Assembly (NCBI GenBank): GCA_010909165.1
Contig: MU008199.1
Location: forward strand, 62,001 to 126,000
Source: Anthoceros angustus
Lineage: Eukaryota > Plantae > Anthocerotophyta
Reading direction: 5' to 3'
Length of the DNA: 64,000 bases
Shown one piece after another: positions 61,188 through 64,000 of this stretch. The stretch's first letter is position 1. The number at the start of each line of letters is the position of its first letter. The position numbers and the translations under genes are program-made. Below the pieces are notes generated by a model, which had not been told where the DNA came from, did not search any database, and saw nothing but the letters and a program-made list of their open reading frames with translations.

Positions 61188-61940
61188 GCCTTCTCCCCAA
61201 ACCCTAGAACCCAACTCTCGGACCTAATCGCGCAACGAATTCCCTACTCCCCTCCTCTCTCCAGTCCTCCCCGGACGTGCTGCAGAAATGCAGAAATGCA
61301 GATCGCCGATTTCAGTGCCACCGACCAGTCTCTTTCGAATCTTTTGCTCCCTTGCTCTGCTCTCTTCCTTTTCCTTCCATTCCCTTCCCTTCCCTTCCCC
61401 GCCCTGTGCCCCGCTCCTCTCCCGACGCCCGACGCATGTACAAATTTACCGCATCTACAGTAGTACCTCGCAGCTTGGGATTCCTGACATCCAAAAGACA
61501 GCCGATGAGGATGAGGAGAGACTTCACAAACCTCACCAAATAAGTACCCACAATGACAAAGTCTCACACATGATGCGAGAAACGCCCCTCTTTACCTTCT
61601 GACATCCAAGCAAACCAATCTCATCGCACCGCAGCAACGCGGGAGCCGTGAGAGAGAGTGGTTATGTACTTGGAGTGGGCCATCTCCCCTTAGGGTACAC
61701 CTGTGGGCTCGCTGCGGCAAGCGAGACGGTCTCGTCAGATTTTGTCCACAAGGCAGCGGAGCCCAGCAAAGCCGCTTCCGCATGCCCTTTTCCACGCACC
61801 CAGATTCAGTCTCGGGTGCAGGAAAACGGTACCTGCTCTTGCTTCTGCGTCTCCTCTCGCCTCTTCGCTATCGCCCACGATCTTGACAGGCAGGATGTAG
61901 ACTCCATCAAATCACCGCCGAGCAACAGCAAGCACCCAAC

Positions 61941-63257
61941 ATGGCTTCCCAGACCTCCGTGCTGTGCCAGATCCGCGACGCCGGGAGCCAGAAGCCCGGC
62001 AGAGACGAAATGTGCAAGGAGCTGCAGGTGCTGAATTTGCGAGGAGGCGGGACAGGAACCCACCTGGAGATGGAGAAGCAGGAGGCGAAGCCGGCGATGA
62101 CAGCGAGCTGGGCGATGGACACCCGGGTGTGGGAGCGGCTCCCGGGCGACATCTTGGACAGAATCTTGCTGAGATTGCCGGCAGCAAGCCACTTCCAATT
62201 CCGCGCAGTCTGCAAGAACTGGCTGTCGGAGCTGCGTTCCCCGGCCTTCCTCCGGCGCTGGGCGGCCATGGCGACCACGCCGCTCCCTCTCTTCACGCTC
62301 CCCAGGCCGCGCAGCCCGCTTTGGAGATGCGGGGAATTTTCCAGGAAGCAGCGGCAGAGCCGGGTGCCGGAGGCGGCGCGCTGCGAGCTGAGGCGGCTGG
62401 ACCTGTCCTTCCTCCCGGGCAAGATGGTGGACATCTGCCATGTCCAGCACGGGCTGGTGTGCGCCCGCATTGCGTCCCCCGGGGCCGTGGCCCTGGCTGT
62501 CTGCAATCCGGTCACCAAGACCTTCCGGACGCTTCCAGAGGTGCCAGTGCAGGAGGGCAGGGCGTGGGTGGCGGCCCTGGTGGAGGCTCCCAAGCCGGAC
62601 AGCTTCCGGGTGGCGCTCCTGACCGAGGACCACACCCTCTGGACCATCCGCCTCTTCTGCTCCCAGGCCGGGTCGTGGAACGAGACGCGCACGCAGTCCT
62701 ACTGCCCCATCCAGTTCCTGGGCTCCACGCTCCTGCAGGGCGGGCTCCTGTACGCGTCCCTGTCCCACGGGCCTCTGCTGCTCTACAGCTTGGAGAGCGG
62801 GCGGATGCTGGCCCGGGCGCCCATGCCGCCCGCCATGAGCAGCGACTACTTCCAGCTGGTGCAGAGCCGGGGAGATGTCTTCCTGGTGGGGCAGCTGGAG
62901 GGCGATATCGATGTCGTTCTCACTTTGGGTATCTGGAAGCTGGAGCCCAGCAGGCTGGTGTGGGAGGACTTCTCCTTCTTGCCGGAATCGCAGTGGCAGG
63001 ATGTGAAGCTGCAGGTGGCGGACGACTGGAGCCTGGATGAGTCCACGGAAGTGGACATGCTGGACGCCGACGCAATTGGGGACTTCATCTTCGTGGGCTT
63101 GGAGGCCCACAACAATGTCGCCGCCATTGGGTCCAATTACCGCACCCAGGCCCTGGCATTCCACATCCGCTCCAAGTCCTGGCACTTGTTTTATAAGAGC
63201 TACTTGGTGGGCGAGCCTCCTTATTTGCTTGAGCCCAGGTTTGATCTCTTCCTGTGA
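61941..63257 (+). CDS. F-box protein with a probable kelch/beta-propeller C-terminus; intronless
   Basis: F-box WERLPGDILDRILLRLPAASHFQFRAVCKNW; typical GLVC…AVCNPVTKTFRTLP. Start may be a downstream Met. Confidence 0.9.
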   Translation: MASQTSVLCQIRDAGSQKPGRDEMCKELQVLNLRGGGTGTHLEMEKQEAKPAMTASWAMDTRVWERLPGDILDRILLRLPAASHFQFRAVCKNWLSELRSPAFLRRWAAMATTPLPLFTLPRPRSPLWRCGEFSRKQRQSRVPEAARCELRRLDLSFLPGKMVDICHVQHGLVCARIASPGAVALAVCNPVTKTFRTLPEVPVQEGRAWVAALVEAPKPDSFRVALLTEDHTLWTIRLFCSQAGSWNETRTQSYCPIQFLGSTLLQGGLLYASLSHGPLLLYSLESGRMLARAPMPPAMSSDYFQLVQSRGDVFLVGQLEGDIDVVLTLGIWKLEPSRLVWEDFSFLPESQWQDVKLQVADDWSLDESTEVDMLDADAIGDFIFVGLEAHNNVAAIGSNYRTQALAFHIRSKSWHLFYKSYLVGEPPYLLEPRFDLFL

Positions 63258-63412
63258 CCGAAACTGCCCTGTTCCTTAGTCCTGACCTTGCTTGTAGAAG
63301 TTCAATGTCAGGCATGAAAAATGTGAATCACGCCTGCTTGGTGACGACAGTGATCGATGTCTCGAAAAGATTATGGCCAATGCTGGCCGTTTCCTTCCTG
63401 TTCCTGTAATTG

Positions 63413-63562
63413 GTTGCTGTTTGCCAGGCTTCTTTTGGACATGCAATGCTGTGGGTGATGTTGCTGTTTGGCAGGCTTGTTTTGGACATACAATGCCGTG
63501 GGTGATGTTGCTGTTTGCCAGGCTTCTTTTGGACATACAATGCCGTGGGTGATGTTGCTGTT
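63413..63562. repeat. 47-bp tandem repeat, about 3.2 copies
   Basis: gttgctgtttgccaggcttcttttggacat(g/a)caatgc(t/c)gtgggtgat at 63413, 63460 and 63507. Confidence 0.92.
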
Positions 63563-64000
63563 CAGGGATTCAATTCTTTGTCCTAGAATGTGCTGCACAT
63601 CACAACTGCACAAGATTAGGTCGGAGCCTTTGTATGTTGTTGTACTATTCGACTTGCATGCCATTCAGCTAAAAGCGGAGGCTCTGGAGGGAAGAAGCCA
63701 AGAAAACCTTCTTCCATGTGCCCCCAATGGGGTGCCCCTTGTGTGAACACAGACCTAGTACTACCGTCACATGGGTATTATGTGCGTAGCGTCTGACAAC
63801 GTAACGTATACAAAAGAAGCATTGACTGCACATTTCTCCGGTGTCTTGGATAGGCAGGACGTTCTCTCAAAGATCATGCCTGGACCCACACAGGTTAAAA
63901 AGTTCAGTGTCCTCCTCGATACTGTGTGTCGGCGACGCAATTGTCTGGAACCCAAGTTGCAGGAGGTGATGACGGAAAAGTGAGCACCGCTGAACGTGGC

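Noticed and set aside
61806-63185. 459-aa minus-strand and 358-aa plus-strand ORFs overlapping the F-box gene
   Set aside because: Explained by the high GC3 of the real F-box CDS.

Overview
Gene-dense eukaryotic nuclear DNA from a green plant with a compact genome. Introns are mostly about 80-110 nt GT-AG, and coding regions are GC-rich. The style suggests an early-diverging land plant such as a hornwort, but this is inference. The left ~16 kb is mostly repeats: tandem repeats, a decayed RLE-type (CRE-like) non-LTR retrotransposon and a 1.6-kb tandem duplication, around one sphingoid-base hydroxylase gene. The rest carries recognisable genes: FHA2-like, PBS1/PBL27-like RLCK-VII kinase, plastid peptidyl-tRNA hydrolase, algal-type PTOX, RRM/coiled-coil, EB1, G-patch/zinc finger, CSP41a, MCM10, P-class PPR, mitochondrial mL54 (frameshifted) and F-box. 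The stand-out is a cluster of three diverged paralogues of a family I cannot assign: 31678-33954 (-), 39426-41747 (+) and 42503-44847 (-). Each has an N-terminal helical region, a C-terminal beta-rich domain and a charged tail. The C-terminal domain has an alternating Gly/hydrophobic hairpin, and its motif order resembles alpha-hemolysin/leukocidin beta-pore-forming toxins. This is a candidate cytosolic multi-component pore-forming system. All gene models were spliced by eye and no searches were run.
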